Assembly (NCBI GenBank): GCA_013265495.1
Contig: MU057989.1
Span: 1,257,513-1,321,512, forward strand
From: Vicugna vicugna
Lineage: Eukaryota
DNA length: 64,000 nucleotides
Reading direction: 5' to 3'
In this document: positions 21,110 through 33,645 of the stretch, piece after piece
Layout of the letters: each line of letters begins with the position of its first letter
Position numbering within the stretch: position 1 is the stretch's first letter
Notes under the pieces: generated by a model
Databases searched by the model: none
Told to the model about the DNA's origin: nothing
What the model saw: only the letters and a program-made list of their open reading frames with translations
Program-made: the position numbers and the translations under genes

Positions 21110-24085
21110 CAATGAACCAGCAATGAACAACTGGAACTTGACATTGAAAACACAGTATCATTTACACTAGCACCCAAAAAACTGAACCACTTAGCTATAA
21201 ACCCAACAAGATACATGGATCTACATGGGGAATACTATAAAATTCTGAGGAAAGAAATAAAAAAAAACCTGAACAAATGGAGATATATTCCATGTTCATG
21301 GATAGGGAAACTCAATATTGTCAAGAGGTCCATTCTTCCCAACCTGTCCTAGAGATTCAATATGATCCCAATGAAAATCCCAACAAGTTATCTTATGGAT
21401 ATTGACAAACTGACTATGAAGTTTATATGGAGAAGCAGAAGGCTCAGAATTGTCAATGAAATATTAAAGAAGAAGAACAAAGCTGGAGGACTGATGCTTC
21501 CCAGCTATACTCCAAAGCCACAGTAACTAGGACTGTGTGATCGGCAAGAGGATAGACAAACAGATCAATGGAACAGAACAGAGAGCCCAGAGAGAGACCC
21601 CCTTAACTACAGGCACCTGATCTTTAACAACGGAGCAAAGGGAATTCGATGGAGCAAAGACAGGCTTTTCAACAAATGGTGCTGGAACAACTGGGCATCC
21701 TCATGTAAAGGGATGAATCTAGACGTAGTCTTTACATCTCTCACAAATATCAACTAAAAAAGGATCACAGACCTAAATGTAAAATGTAAACCTTTATTAT
21801 AAAACCTCTAGCAGACAGCACAGGGGAAAATCTAGGTAACCTTGGGTCTGGCAATGACTTTTTAGATACAACACCAAAAACATGACCTATGAAAGAAAAA
21901 ACTGATAAGTTGGACTTTACTAAAATTATAAACTTCTGGTCTGCAAAAGAAAGTCTGGTCTGTTAAGAAAATAACAAGACATGCCACAGACTGGAAGAAA
22001 ATATTTGCAAAGCACATATCTGAGAAAGCACTTATATCCAAAATATACAAAGAACACTTAAAACTCAAAAATAAAAAAACAAACAACCCAACTGAAACAT
22101 GGGCAAAAGACCAGAATGGATACCTCACCAAAAAAGATACATGGATGGAAAACAAACACATGAAAAGATGTTTAACATCATATCCCATTAGAGAACTGTA
22201 AACAAAAACAGCAATGAGCCTCCACTACACACTACACATGGACACGTTAAAAAGAACTGACAAATGCTGGTGAGGGTGTAGGGCAACAGGAACTCTCAAC
22301 CATTGCTGGTGGGAATGCAAATGGTAAGGCCACTTTGGAAGACAGTCTGGTAGCTTCTTACAAAACCAAAAAAAATCCTTTTACAATATGATCCAGCAAC
22401 TGCGCTGCCAACTATTTACCCATATGAGTCAAAAATTTATATCCACGTAAATGTTTATAGTAGTTTTACCATAGTTGCACAGAACCGGAAGCAGCCATGA
22501 TGGCAAACTCATACAATGGAATATTATTCAGTGATAAAAAGGACCCCAAACCATGAAACTCCTAGAAGAAAACACAGGGGGAAAAACTTCATGACACTGT
22601 ATTTGCTAATGATTTCTTGGATGCAACACTGAAAGTACAGCAAACAAAAGCAAAAATAGGCAAATGAGACTACATAAAACTTAACTTTCGTTCATCACAG
22701 GACACAATCAACATTGTAAAAAGACAACCTATAGAATGAGAAAATATTTTCGTATCAACAATCTTATAAGAAGTAGACATCCAGAACATTATAAAGAACT
22801 CATATAACTCAGCAACAACAACAACAAAATCAAATAACTCAATTTTAAGATGAGCAAAAGACTTGAACAGACGTTTCTCAAAAGATACACAAATGGCCAA
22901 CAAGCATGTGAAAAGATGTTTACTATCACTAATCATCAGAGAAATGCAAATCAAAATCACAGTAAGATATCACCTCACACTCAATAGGATGACTGCTATC
23001 AAAAAAACCCAGAAAGTAAGTGTTGGTGAGGATGTGTGAAGTTGGAAACCTTGTGCACTACTGATGGGAATGTAAAATGGTTTCGCTGCTATGGAAAATA
23101 GACTGGAAGTTCCTCAAAAAAATTAAAAATAGAATTACCATATGATCCAGTAATTCCACATCTGGGTATAAACCCAAAAGAATTGAAAACAAGGTCACAA
23201 ATATTTAAACACCCGTGTTCATAGCAGCATTATTCACAATAGCCCAAGAGGTAGAGGCCACCCAAGTGTCCACCGACAGAATGGATTAAAAAAAACATGG
23301 TATACATTCAGTGAAATACTATTCAGCCTGAAAAAGGAAATCCTGTCACATGCTACAACATGGATGAACCTTGAGGACATTATGCAAATGAAATGAGCCA
23401 GTTACAGAAGGACAAGCAGTGTACGATTTCACTTACATGAGGCATTTACAGCAGTCAAATTCCTAGATATGGAAAGGAGAATGATGACCAGGGGCTGGGC
23501 GAGAGGGCCCAGGGAAGTTGTTGCTTAATGAGCATAGTTTCAGTTCCGCAGATCTGTTTCACCACTATGCAAATATACTTAATATTGGAACTATGTACTT
23601 AAAATGGTTAAGATGGTAAATTTTGTGATACGTGTTTTTATACCACAAATTAAAAAAAAAACACTCATCAGTCTACAAAAAGAGAGGACCCATAAATGTC
23701 TGTTACTAAGTGAAGGAAGCCAATCTGGAAAAGCTACGTATTATATGATTCCAACTATACGACATTCCAGTCGACATTTGAGAAAAGGCAAATCTTACAG
23801 AAACAGCAAAAAGATCCGTGGTTGCTGAGGGTTTGGGAAGAAGCAGGGATGAACGGGTGAAGCACAGGGCACTTTTAGGGTGGTGGAACTATCCTGTGTG
23901 ATGCTGTAATGATGGATACGTGAAATCATGCATCTGTGGGAACCCACAGAACTCACATCAAGAGTGAACCCTAATGTAAACTGTGGGCTTCAGTTAATGC
24001 AGCAACGTTGGTTTAACTGTAACAAATGTAACCCACCCAGATGCCAGATGGAACGGGGATGGGGGTATGGAGACTCAGCGCTATC
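21110..24085 (+). mobile_element. Degenerate LINE-1 (ORF2 C-terminal part and 3' UTR, L1MC-like) interrupted at ~22545-23661 by a second L1 3' fragment (L1MA/MB-like)
   Basis: A-rich L1 ORF2 hallmarks (CATGTTCATGGATAGG, TTCAACAAATGGTGCTGG, AATGCAAATCAAAA). Late-ORF2/3' sequence occurs twice, with a poly(A) at ~23652-23661; no intact frame. Confidence 0.85.
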
Positions 24086-24544
24086 TGCTCAATGTTTCTG
24101 CCCACCCTGCCTGGGTGCTTGGGATGCAGAAACCGTCTGCACCGAGTGCTGGTGTCTGTTACCCAGAGGTGGTCACAGGCAACTTCAGAGAGGAATGTGG
24201 ACCTGAGTTAAGCCCAGGATAAGCCAAGCTTGCCCTGGGAAGGGAAAGGCATTTAAGTGAGGACAAATAGCATGAGCAAAGATGTTGAGATGTGATGTGA
24301 AAGGAAGACAAGGGCAAATGGTGGGAATGGGGTGGAGGGGGGCAGTGGGCAAGTGCACAGCTAGACAAGAGAGGGGGGTCAGCCCGGAGAGGCCTCCCTT
24401 CATGCCAGGGTCACCCTGGAAATGCAGACCAGCTGCAGTTCACTGAGGACTTGCTATGTGCCAGGTGGGCTCCAGGCACAGCCCACGGATTAGCTCTGAA
24501 GCACCGTCCACTCCATAGCCTCGGGTTCAGGAAGAAGCTGTTTA

Positions 24545-24830
24545 GAGACAGACAGAAATCAGACAGACAAGGACAGTGAAGGATTCAGGACAGAGACAGG
24601 TAGAAAGAACAGTAAGAGATAGAGAGAATGGAGGAAAACAGAGAGGGACAGAGAGAGATTGAGACAAAGACAGAACAAGAGACGACAGAGAGCGAGGACA
24701 GAGAGGGGACGACAGCTAGGTAGATACAGAAAAGACAGCAAGCGACAGAGAAAGAACAACTAGAAATGGAGGACAGAGACAGGGCAGCAAGAGACAGACA
24801 GAAGGGGGGTGCATGCAGTGGGAGACAGAG
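24545..24830 (+). repeat. Purine-rich (GA/GACA)n low-complexity tract
   Basis: About 280 bp of degenerate AGAC/AGAG units with very few T. Confidence 0.85.
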
Positions 24831-25177
24831 GATCCGGAAAGAAGATGGGCAAGAGGGAAGGCCTCCTAGCAGCAAGGGCCACTCCCAGCAGTGGGGACCA
24901 GATGGTCTAGGTCAGGATGCCAATCCCACTACTTCTCACAGGTCAGAGTCACAGTCTTGGCACCTGGGCACCTCCCTAAAGGGAGCTGGGCCATCAAGCG
25001 CAGAATTTCAGCATTTGAGGCACTGGAGGCTGGCATGGCACTGGTGGGGCCCGCAGGGCCGGGCAGCAGGGGTGGCACTGGGCTGCTGAGGAGAATATCC
25101 TCATTCAGCTCACAGGTACAACCCACCACGTGGAGTAGGGGCCCAGCCAGCCAAGCCTAGCCATCCACGAGGCCGGC

Positions 25178-25193
25178 GCGCCCCCTAGCGGCC
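25178..25193 (-). promoter_or_regulatory. CTCF-like binding site in CORO7 intron 6
   Basis: Minus strand reads GGCCGCTAGGGGGCGC, close to the CTCF core consensus, within a small cluster of retained CpGs. Confidence 0.65.
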
Positions 25194-27689
25194 GCTTGCC
25201 CCTCCCTTGGCTGCAGGAGCTGGAAGGGGAGCAGGAAGGGTCTTCGGTGGCCTGGGCCCTGCCCCAGAGGCAGAACTGCTCCATGGGAGGATGGGAGTCC
25301 CAACCAGGTGGCCAGGGAGATCTTCCCCGTGGGGTTGGGGGGGTGCACGGTGTGGAGACCAGGGAGGCTCTGATGGAAGCAGAGTGTTCCCCGCACCCCG
25401 CCCAAATCAGGCAGTCCCGTGAACAAACCCAGAGCCTGGCCTGGGAGGGGATCAGTCTCCCTCCTGCTGAGAGTTGGCCCACTCACCGGCTCCCCCCATG
25501 CATTCAGAACAAGCCCATGGGCACCTCCACCTGACATGCAACCCCTCCATCACTCCCCAAGGTTTTCCAGCTTTTGATGCACACATTCAGGACCCCTAGG
25601 CTCCCTTTACAGCCAAGGAGGGGGCACTGGATACAGGACCGTGGTGACACCCAGCACTCCTCACAGGGGATGGCCTGAGAGGACAGCATCCTCCTCTGCG
25701 ATGCTGCACCCAGATCAACAGCATCACAAGGTGCTGTGTCCTCACAGGTAGAGCAATGAGGTCCAGGAAATGGGGAAGCTTAACATGGCAGGACTCCAGT
25801 GACCCACTTGAGAAACCTGTGCACTTTATCCCTGCAACTTTACGCTCTCTGAGGGGACAGGGGACAGGAGAGTCTCACTGGGCTCTGAGTTGTAGCCTGT
25901 TCCACCAAGTCTTCTTCCCAAGACAGCAGCAGGCACAGAGTCACCACACCAGAGGAGATAGCAGGATGCGATGGGATGGGGTGCTCATTCTCCACCTGCC
26001 CTGCACCAGGCCCAGTTTTGATGGTAAGTAGAGCTCAGACCCCTGGGGAGAAGGGGCTAGACTCCCACACCAGTGAATCCCCCCTCAGTGACCAGGAGGG
26101 GCCAGTCAAGAGTTCCAGAGCTCAGCATGGGTGGTGGGGAGGGAGAGGATGAGACCAGTGTCATGAGGGGCCTCCTCCTCCTACCTTTCCTCTTGCAAGA
26201 TTCCAGCCAGACCCTGGGAAAGCTGTTCCCAGGGTGAACTTATGAAAAGGAGCAAGCAGTCCTAGCAGCACTGCAGGGACTGCAGCAGGTGCGGGGTTTG
26301 TGGTGAGACCCTCCGTCCCTGGGTGCTCAGGGCTCACAGCTGGTCCCACCCCTCCTGGCACTGCTGCTCACGGCCACATGCATGTCCAGGGACTGGTCTG
26401 TGTGGGGACAGTGCCCAGCCCCCTTGCCTCAACAGGACAGTTCCTATGCACCTCCACAAACCCCCTGCATGCAATCTCTGGACTCCACGCCCTCCTCCCC
26501 GTCTCCAGGGCTCTCTAGGTCCTCCCAGGCTCTGCCAGGCCTTCCCTGGGAAGTCACTTCTCCCTGCCCACGTCCCATCACTAAGGCCTGCACTGCCCCA
26601 TCTCCTGGAGGCCGGCCTGCTCCCCACCGTCACCCTAGCCACAGGGTGCCCACTGCCCTCAGAACAAACCCCTCACGCGGCCTCATGCTCAGCCGCAGCC
26701 CACCCCACTCTCCCCTCAGCCCGCACTCCTCACCTGGCTGCCTCTGAACATGGAACATGGCAGGACCCCAGGAGACATGCCCAACTCCTGATCTGTCCCT
26801 TCGAAGCCCCGTCAGAACCAGATTCAACCACGCCAGGGGCTCCGGCTGGGCCGTGAGCTCTGGGGAGGGGTGGTGCCTCTGGCTGCTCCACAGGAAATGA
26901 CCCACATCAAACCTCAGACATCTGCACCTCCGACAGCTTGCCTGGGGCTGGAGAGGGGGTGCGAGGGACTGGAGATGAGGGGACAGGAGGCAGAGAACAC
27001 AAGGCCCAGTGGCGTCACCTCCCTCCAGGCCACAGGCTAGACCAGCCTTGTGGGCTGCAGGTCTCAGGGGAAGGGTGGTCTAGGCAACGGTACCGCAGCC
27101 CAGGGTGGAGTGCTGGTGGAGCAGCCTGGGTGAGCTCTGACAGAAGTGGCCCCAGCTTGCCCTGGGCCCCACAGCTTCCTTCCTCCCTCTCCAGGGCCAT
27201 GCCCTAGGCAGCTGATCTGTGCGGCAGCTACAGAATATTCACAGGGTGTGGAAACCACACGTGTCTGCCCCAGGGCTGCTCCATCACTGGAGAAACCAAG
27301 GCATCTTTCTGCCACCCTTCTGTCAAGCCACCCAGCTGCCACAGGGCTGCAGCCCTGCTCCCTTGAGGCACCACTGGAGCTGTGAGGCGGGAGGAAAAGC
27401 AGGCAGCCCAGAGCCCGGCCCGACCTCAGGGGCTAGTGCTTTCCGCACACCTCCTTGTGGGCTCAGCTGTGGGACAAGCGTCTCTGCTCCATCCATTCTC
27501 CAGGCTCAGAGGGCCGGACTGCTAGCCCACAGACACACGTCTCCTCCCAAACCCAAGCTGGAGCCCACAACATCTGCAGAACAGCCCCAGGGCAGCCAGC
27601 GTTACTCCTGGGGGAAGCAGCTGGTGAAAATGTTATCCATCTTAAAACTCTTCACAGCCTAGAGCCAGCAACATTCCTGGCAGGAATCT

Positions 27690-27905
27690 AGGTCGGGGTG
27701 GGCAAGCTGTAAGGCCCAGCGGGCCAAATCCAACCTACCACCTGGTTCTACAAATGCAGTTTTCCTGGAACATGGCCACACCCATCATTTATGTAGTGTC
27801 CACAGCTGCCTCTTTGTTACAAAGTGATACTGACAGAGATAGCTTGGCCTGCAAACCCCGAAGTATTTACTATCTGGCCCTTTACAGAAAAAGTTTGCCC
27901 TCCAC
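27690..27905. mobile_element. MER58-like hAT element
   Basis: GGGCCAAATC..GGAACATGGCCACACCCAT..ACTATCTGGCCCTTTACAGAAAAAGTTTGCC. Confidence 0.75.
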
Positions 27906-30240
27906 TGCTCTAGGCTAAGAAAATCATATAAAGGTAGAGAAAAACCCCTATATACAAATGCATTCAAACCTGACAACCTGTCACGCAGTGATGCCAAGTA
28001 GAAGCAACCCAGACTTCTGTAAGCAGGAGCTCCAATGAGTAAACTGTAAATCTACATGGTAAAATATTTCCTGTGACATTTGTTAAGTTTTTGATGGACT
28101 GGAGACAATTTTATTATGCTGAGAAAAAAAAAAAACGTAGAGAGTATGATTTCAACAAATACAGGAAAAATACAGAACGATGTCAAAATGGTGACAGGTC
28201 CTGTCCCTGAGAGGATTACTTTTTTTTTTTTTTTTGCTTCTTTACTTTTTAACTGCTCTCCAAAATTTGTAAAACAAGCACAAACTACTATACTTGGGTG
28301 ATCACAAGAAAAAAATCTGCTGTGACAATCCGCTCTCCTCCCAGCTTTCTCCTTCCTCCCTCTGTCTCATTCTGTGTTTGTCTGTCTCACATACACACGT
28401 GGAAACACAGTGCTCACCAGCATTTAACTTGAGCAAGCAAACCACATGGTGTGACTGCCTCGGCCTAAAGCAGCAGCTCCTTAGGGTCTTGGAGAAACAG
28501 TAGCCCTGTCATATTTACCCCTCAACCCCTGGAGCTCAGGCCAGTGTCTGGACCTACAGTTTAATAAATCAAATGGGGAAAAGTCGATAAAGACTGGGAA
28601 ATGGGGCTTCCAAGAAAGCAGAGAAAAGAAGGGAAAGTTGGAAATGGGATCCTCCTGAGTATGCAGATCCCACATTTTCTCTTTCAGAGGAGTCCCCAAC
28701 CCTGCCTCCCAACAACCAGCTCCTGTCGCCCCATCCCCTTGGCCAGCCACACTTCCCAGATAAACCCTTCCTTGCCAGATCTTTCCTCACCTCCTGCCTT
28801 CCTTCACATACGGCTTCAGGCAGCAGCATACCTCAAAAGGTCCCAAAGGTTGCCCACGACCCCAGATCCGTAGGTATCACTCACTGTTCCCAGTGCCCCT
28901 GGCCACCTCCCGGGGAAGCCCTGGGTCTCAGGAAACAGAGAGCTGGCCCTTCTTGGCTTCCTTCCTCCCACCAGGAGGCTCCTTCTGTCTCTCTTGCAGG
29001 TTCTGATCCTTCCTCGGCTCCTTGGACCACCTCTTCTCACTTCTTCCTCTCCCCATGGGGACCCTAGCGTCCCTCTAGAGGTACCACATACACACAGACG
29101 ACGCCCACCCTTCCAGCCTCAGCGCAGGGCAGAGCCCAGTCCACAGATTCAACTGACACCTCCATTCAGAGGTCCCAGGTGCCTCCAATCCCACCGGCCC
29201 CCAGCCACACCAGGAGCACCCCGTCTTGTCCTTGTCTCAGTGGCAGGGCCCTCCTCCAGCCCATAACCCAGGAGCCAGCCTCACAACCCCCAACCACACA
29301 GCCAGCCCACAGCCAACCCCACAGCTCTCTCCTCCTGTCTCCTGTCTCCCATATCTGTCACATCCCACATCTGCACCACCCCTGGCCCGAGAGGCTCCTC
29401 TCTCTCTCAGAGGTTGTTCCTCCTTTACTTTTGGCCGCCGCATCAGCCCACCAAGAAAATGCTCTGTCCACACTGCAGCTGGGGAGCCTCGAAATGCAGA
29501 TCTGCTCACCTGACACCACGGCCACCCACCTCTGGCTTTAAACACCCCAGTGCTTTCCTGTTGCTTCTACAGTAATCAGCGTGACCCTCTGCATGCAGCT
29601 CTGCTCTCTGCCCCCAGCCCGGCCCAGCCCTGCACCCAGTCCCTGCACCCTCTCATTCCCCATCTGCAGCTGTAACTCCTTCCACCCAGCACACTCACCC
29701 TGCCCCTGCCCGACACCAGCATGCCTCCCCTAGCCTCTCCAACCACTCAAAGCATCTCATGTCCCTCTTCCACAGCTTGGGTCACTGTCATGGGTCACAA
29801 TTATTCTTTTATCCATATGATCCCTGAACCCACACCAGCCGCCCCCACTGGCATGGGGCCTGGCATCATCGAGGACCCTGAGGCCTGCTCACTGGATGTG
29901 GGGGCTGGCAAAGTGCACTGCATATGGACGCTGTCTAACACGACCCTCACAGATAGGCAGGCAGACAGAGCAGCCAGGCAGCCAGGGGAGGCTGAGATGG
30001 GAGCCCCAGAGGGCCAGTGTGGGGCTTCCTCTGGTGGAGTGGGAGCTTTGAGAGACAGGTATGAGCTAGAAGGTGTGAGGGCAGCTGAGGTGGGGGAGGG
30101 GCTCACAACCGCCTACCCTGGCCTTGGTTTTCTGCTGCCTCTTAAGTACTGCTGAGCCTGGCAGGTACAGCCCGGGACATGTGCTCTGCAACATGATGGC
30201 CTCAGGCCCCTGCAGGCACTTACTCAAGTCTCACCCTTAC

Positions 30241-30317
30241 CTTGCATGTCGTGGCCAGCAGGGCTCCGTCCCGGCTCCAGACGGCACCCTGCACCAGGTC
30301 CCCATGGGTCACCAGCT
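30241..30317 (-). CDS. CORO7: Coronin 7 exon 6 (ELVTHGDLVQGAVWSRDGALLATTCK)
   Basis: Translated by hand (absent from the ORF track): TCTCTGCAG acceptor, GTAAGG donor, 77 nt; WD40 WSRDG motif. Confidence 0.96.
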
Positions 30318-30616
30318 CTGCAGAGAAGCAGCCAAGGTCAGGAGGGGTTCAGGGTCCCCCCCATCCCAAGCATGAGGACAACAGGGAAGCGGGTGCAGGT
30401 TGGCCTGGCTTGGGGGTAATTGCAGGGGCAGGGGCAGCAGCTCCTCCCAGAAGGCACTGCACAGCACCCCGGGGCTGCTGCCTTCAGCCCTGCCCTCTCA
30501 GGCCACGCCTCCACTCCCTTCCCTTCCAAGGATCCCAGCTCCTGGGCCCGCCTCTCTTCCCGCCCAGGCTTGCTCTGGACATGTCACACACACTCTGGCC
30601 CTGTTCCTCCCCCAGT

Positions 30617-31525
30617 GTGACAGTTTTAAAACCTGTCCACAAATTATTTGATACCCTTCCTGTTAGAGGTTGAATCGTGTCCCCTTCCAAAAGATGCTGA
30701 AGCCCTCACCCTGAGCACCTGTGAACGGGACTTTATTTGGAAACAGTCTTGGCAGATAATCGAGTTAAGCTGATGTCACTAGAATGGACCGTAAGCCAAT
30801 ATGACTAGCATCCCTGTGAAAAAGGAAATCAGACAGAGAGAGACATGCACAGAGAGAAAACGAGGTGAACAGAGAGAAGATAGCCATCCACAAGCCACGG
30901 AGTACCAGCAGGCACAGAAGCTGGGAGGAGGCCTGGACAGACTGCCCCCCGCGGCCTCAGAAGGAATCAACCTGCTGACACTTGCATTTTGGACTTCCAA
31001 TCTCCAGGATTGCGAGGTAACAAATTTCTGTTATTTTAAGCCACCCAATTTGTGGTACTTTGTTACAGTGGCTCTAGGAAACTAACACAACCTCCCTTCA
31101 AAATGTGGAGCTCAATTCCTTTCCTTCTGAGTGTAAGTAGGACCCAGTGACTTGCTTCTAATGGAGAGCATGTGCCTTCCTCCTTGCTCTCTCTTGGACT
31201 GTGCACCAGAAGTGGCTGCCATGCAGTGAGCAGCCCATCCAGAGGCCCATGGGGGAGAACCGAGGCCTTCTGTCCACAGCTGGGACTGTGTGAGTGAACC
31301 ATCCTGGAAGCTGATCCTTCCGCCCCAATCAAGCCTTCAGATGATGGCAGCCCCAGCTGACATCTTGACTTGCAACCTCAACTTACAACCCTGAGCCAGA
31401 ACCACCAAGCTAAGCTGCTCGCAAATCCCTGACGATCAGAAACTGTGAAATGAGAAAATGTTTATAGTTGTTTTAAGTCTCTAGGTTTTGGGGTAATTTG
31501 TTCTGCAGCAATAGGTGACTACTAT
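30617..31525 (+). mobile_element. MaLR LTRs: MLT1B/C-like LTR (~30661-31089) nested in an older MLT1F-like LTR
   Basis: TG..GGTTGAATCGTGTCCCC start and TTTGTTACAGTGGC..GGAAACTAACACA end; the outer element ends GGGTAATTTGTT..GCAGCAATAG. Confidence 0.7.
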
Positions 31526-32162
31526 GCCAAGTTTACTTCCCAGAGGTTAATCCCAGTCCTGTCACCTGCTTGCACTATGACCTTGGTCAAGTTATTTAAC
31601 CACATCTGAAACATGGGAATGGCAACACTCCCAGTGTGAAGCCCTCAGCACAGTGCCAGGCACATGAGGAAAGCTTGAGAGATGGCCGTTACAGCTGGGG
31701 TGACTCCTGGATGACACACTGCCTGGTGACCTTCACCTCTGCTTCAAAGGTTGGCCTGGACTTTTTTTACTACACCAGGAGCTCCTTGGGGACGAGGCCT
31801 ACACCTTGAATGTCACGTCCTTTGTGGCACAAGACAACTCCATGGTAGGCATTGGCTGACTTCTGAGTAATTGATGCTGTCAGGGGGTAATCCCTGAGAC
31901 ACCCCATTAGGCTGATGGCCCCTGGTCCCAGCCCCAGAGATGGGGACATCATTATGGAAGGCTTAGTCCACTTGGACACTCTGCACACCCCTGTGGGGCA
32001 AGTCCGTCCTTCAACTCTCCTCTCGTCTTTACCCTAAAAGGGGATGAGTATGACACAGAGGATTCTGCAGACAGGATTTGGTGATGCCGAGCTCCACTAT
32101 GGGTCACAGCGCAGGGGCACAACCATTCAAATACTGAGGAATCAGACCCAAAGTTATCAACA

Positions 32163-32522
32163 GCTATGCCTGGTCTGAATGTTTGTGTTCCCTTTACCCA
32201 AAATTCACATGTTGAAACCTGATTCCGGATGTGATGGAATCCAGAGGCAGGGCCTCTGCGAGGTGATAAGCTCACGAGGGTGGAGTCTCATGAGAGTTTA
32301 GTGCTCTTATAAAAGAGACATCTGAGAGCTCCCTCGCCCCTGCCTCTAGGAGATGACACCCAGAGAACACGGCAAACCAGGAAGCAAGTCCTCTCTAGAC
32401 ACTGAACCTGCTGGTGGCTTGATCTTAGATGTCCAGCCTTCAGAACTGTGAGAAATAAATGCCTGTTGTTCATAAGCCAGTCTGTGGGATTTTGTTATAG
32501 CTGCCCGAACAGACCAGGACGA
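32163..32522 (+). mobile_element. MLT1A-like MaLR solo LTR
   Basis: GGTCTGAATGTTTGTG..CAAAATTCACATGTTGAAACC start; CAGAACTGTGAGAAATAAA..TTTGTTATAGC end. Confidence 0.8.
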
Positions 32523-32955
32523 TGCATACGGGGAAAATGAGAGAAGCACCATGGGGGGGGGGTGAAGAGAGCAAAATCCTCATCTCCCAGGGCAGACGAG
32601 GGCAGAAGTCAGTAGTGTGTTTTCAGAACTGAAATGACACACAATTCAAGAAATAACAGTATAAGAAAGTTATTTGGACATATGAAGGAAAAAGCTGAAA
32701 AAACATCTAAGTGAGATGAAAACAGATGTCTATGGGAAGTGGGGAGGGATGGGGTATTTGCAGCAAGTTAGAAGCACATATATATATGTCTGTATACATG
32801 CATATATGTACGTACACACACATATACACACGTGTACATAAATGCACATCAGGTACATGTGAAACTTTGGTATGTATTTACCAAAACCATGAACGAAGAA
32901 ACAAAGTGCTGTGCAGGTGGGGCTGCCCAGCAGGGACAGTCAGTGCGGCCTGTAC

Positions 32956-33139
32956 CTGTGAGGGGCTGCTGCTTGGCTGCATCCCAGACCTTCACGGCCC
33001 TGCCCGCTGCGCTCACCAGGACGCCATCCGCAGTTGGGTGGAACTGCAGCACCTCCACCTGGGCGTCCTCGGGGCCCAGCAACAGCCCAGGCCCCAAGGG
33101 CAATGCCTGGCCAGGGGCTGGCAGTCGCCACAGTTTCAC
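32956..33139 (-). CDS. CORO7: Coronin 7 exon 5 (VKLWRLP...VLQFHPTADGVLVSAAGRAVKVWDAAKQQPLT-E)
   Basis: TTCCTGCAG acceptor, GTACAG donor, 184 nt; WD40 FHP...VKVWD motif. Confidence 0.97.
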
Positions 33140-33574
33140 CTGCAGGAAAGAGCGAGTCCGTGAGCTCAGGGCTGGGAGGGGCCTCCCTGCCTCCAGCCAG
33201 CCTTGCCAGCAGCTCCCTAACCCCAGGGGCAAGGGGCTGGTCTCTGTGTCAGGGGAGGGAGGAGAAGGGGCTCAGTGTCACAGGGTGTGGTTAGAGGCTG
33301 AGAGAAAGACACAGGAGTTGGGGGGAATCCAGGGGCTGTACTCCGTCTCCTCTGAGCCTCCCCCATCACCCTAGCCTTGCTACCTTCAGGCAGCAGCAGA
33401 ACACAGGTTGTGGCCACGGCTCAGGGCAAGCGCACAGGAGTGCACGGGAGCGGGTGAGGGTTGAGGAACCTAGCAGTAGGGGCTGGATGGGAACCAGCAG
33501 GGCCTCGGGGGCTCAGAGGCACCCGACGAGGGGTGGGAGGGGCCTCAAACTGCTCTTTCAGCTGCTCCACTCAC

Positions 33575-33645
33575 CGTCCTATCAGCTGAAGCTGTGGCCA
33601 GGAGGAAGTCATCAAAAGGAGAGAAGTCCACATCCGTGACCACGT
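33575..33645 (-). CDS. CORO7: Coronin 7 exon 4 (DVVTDVDFSPFDDFLLATASADRT), WD40 repeat
   Basis: CAG acceptor, GTGAGT donor, 71 nt; typical coronin WD40 motif. Confidence 0.97.

Noticed and set aside
21862..22960. Hydrophobic minus-strand ORFs (also 43093-43935 and 56691-56978)
   Set aside because: Antisense translations of degenerate L1 sequence.
24559..24875. Leu/Ser/Cys-rich membrane-like ORFs
   Set aside because: Translation of the (GA/GACA)n low-complexity tract.
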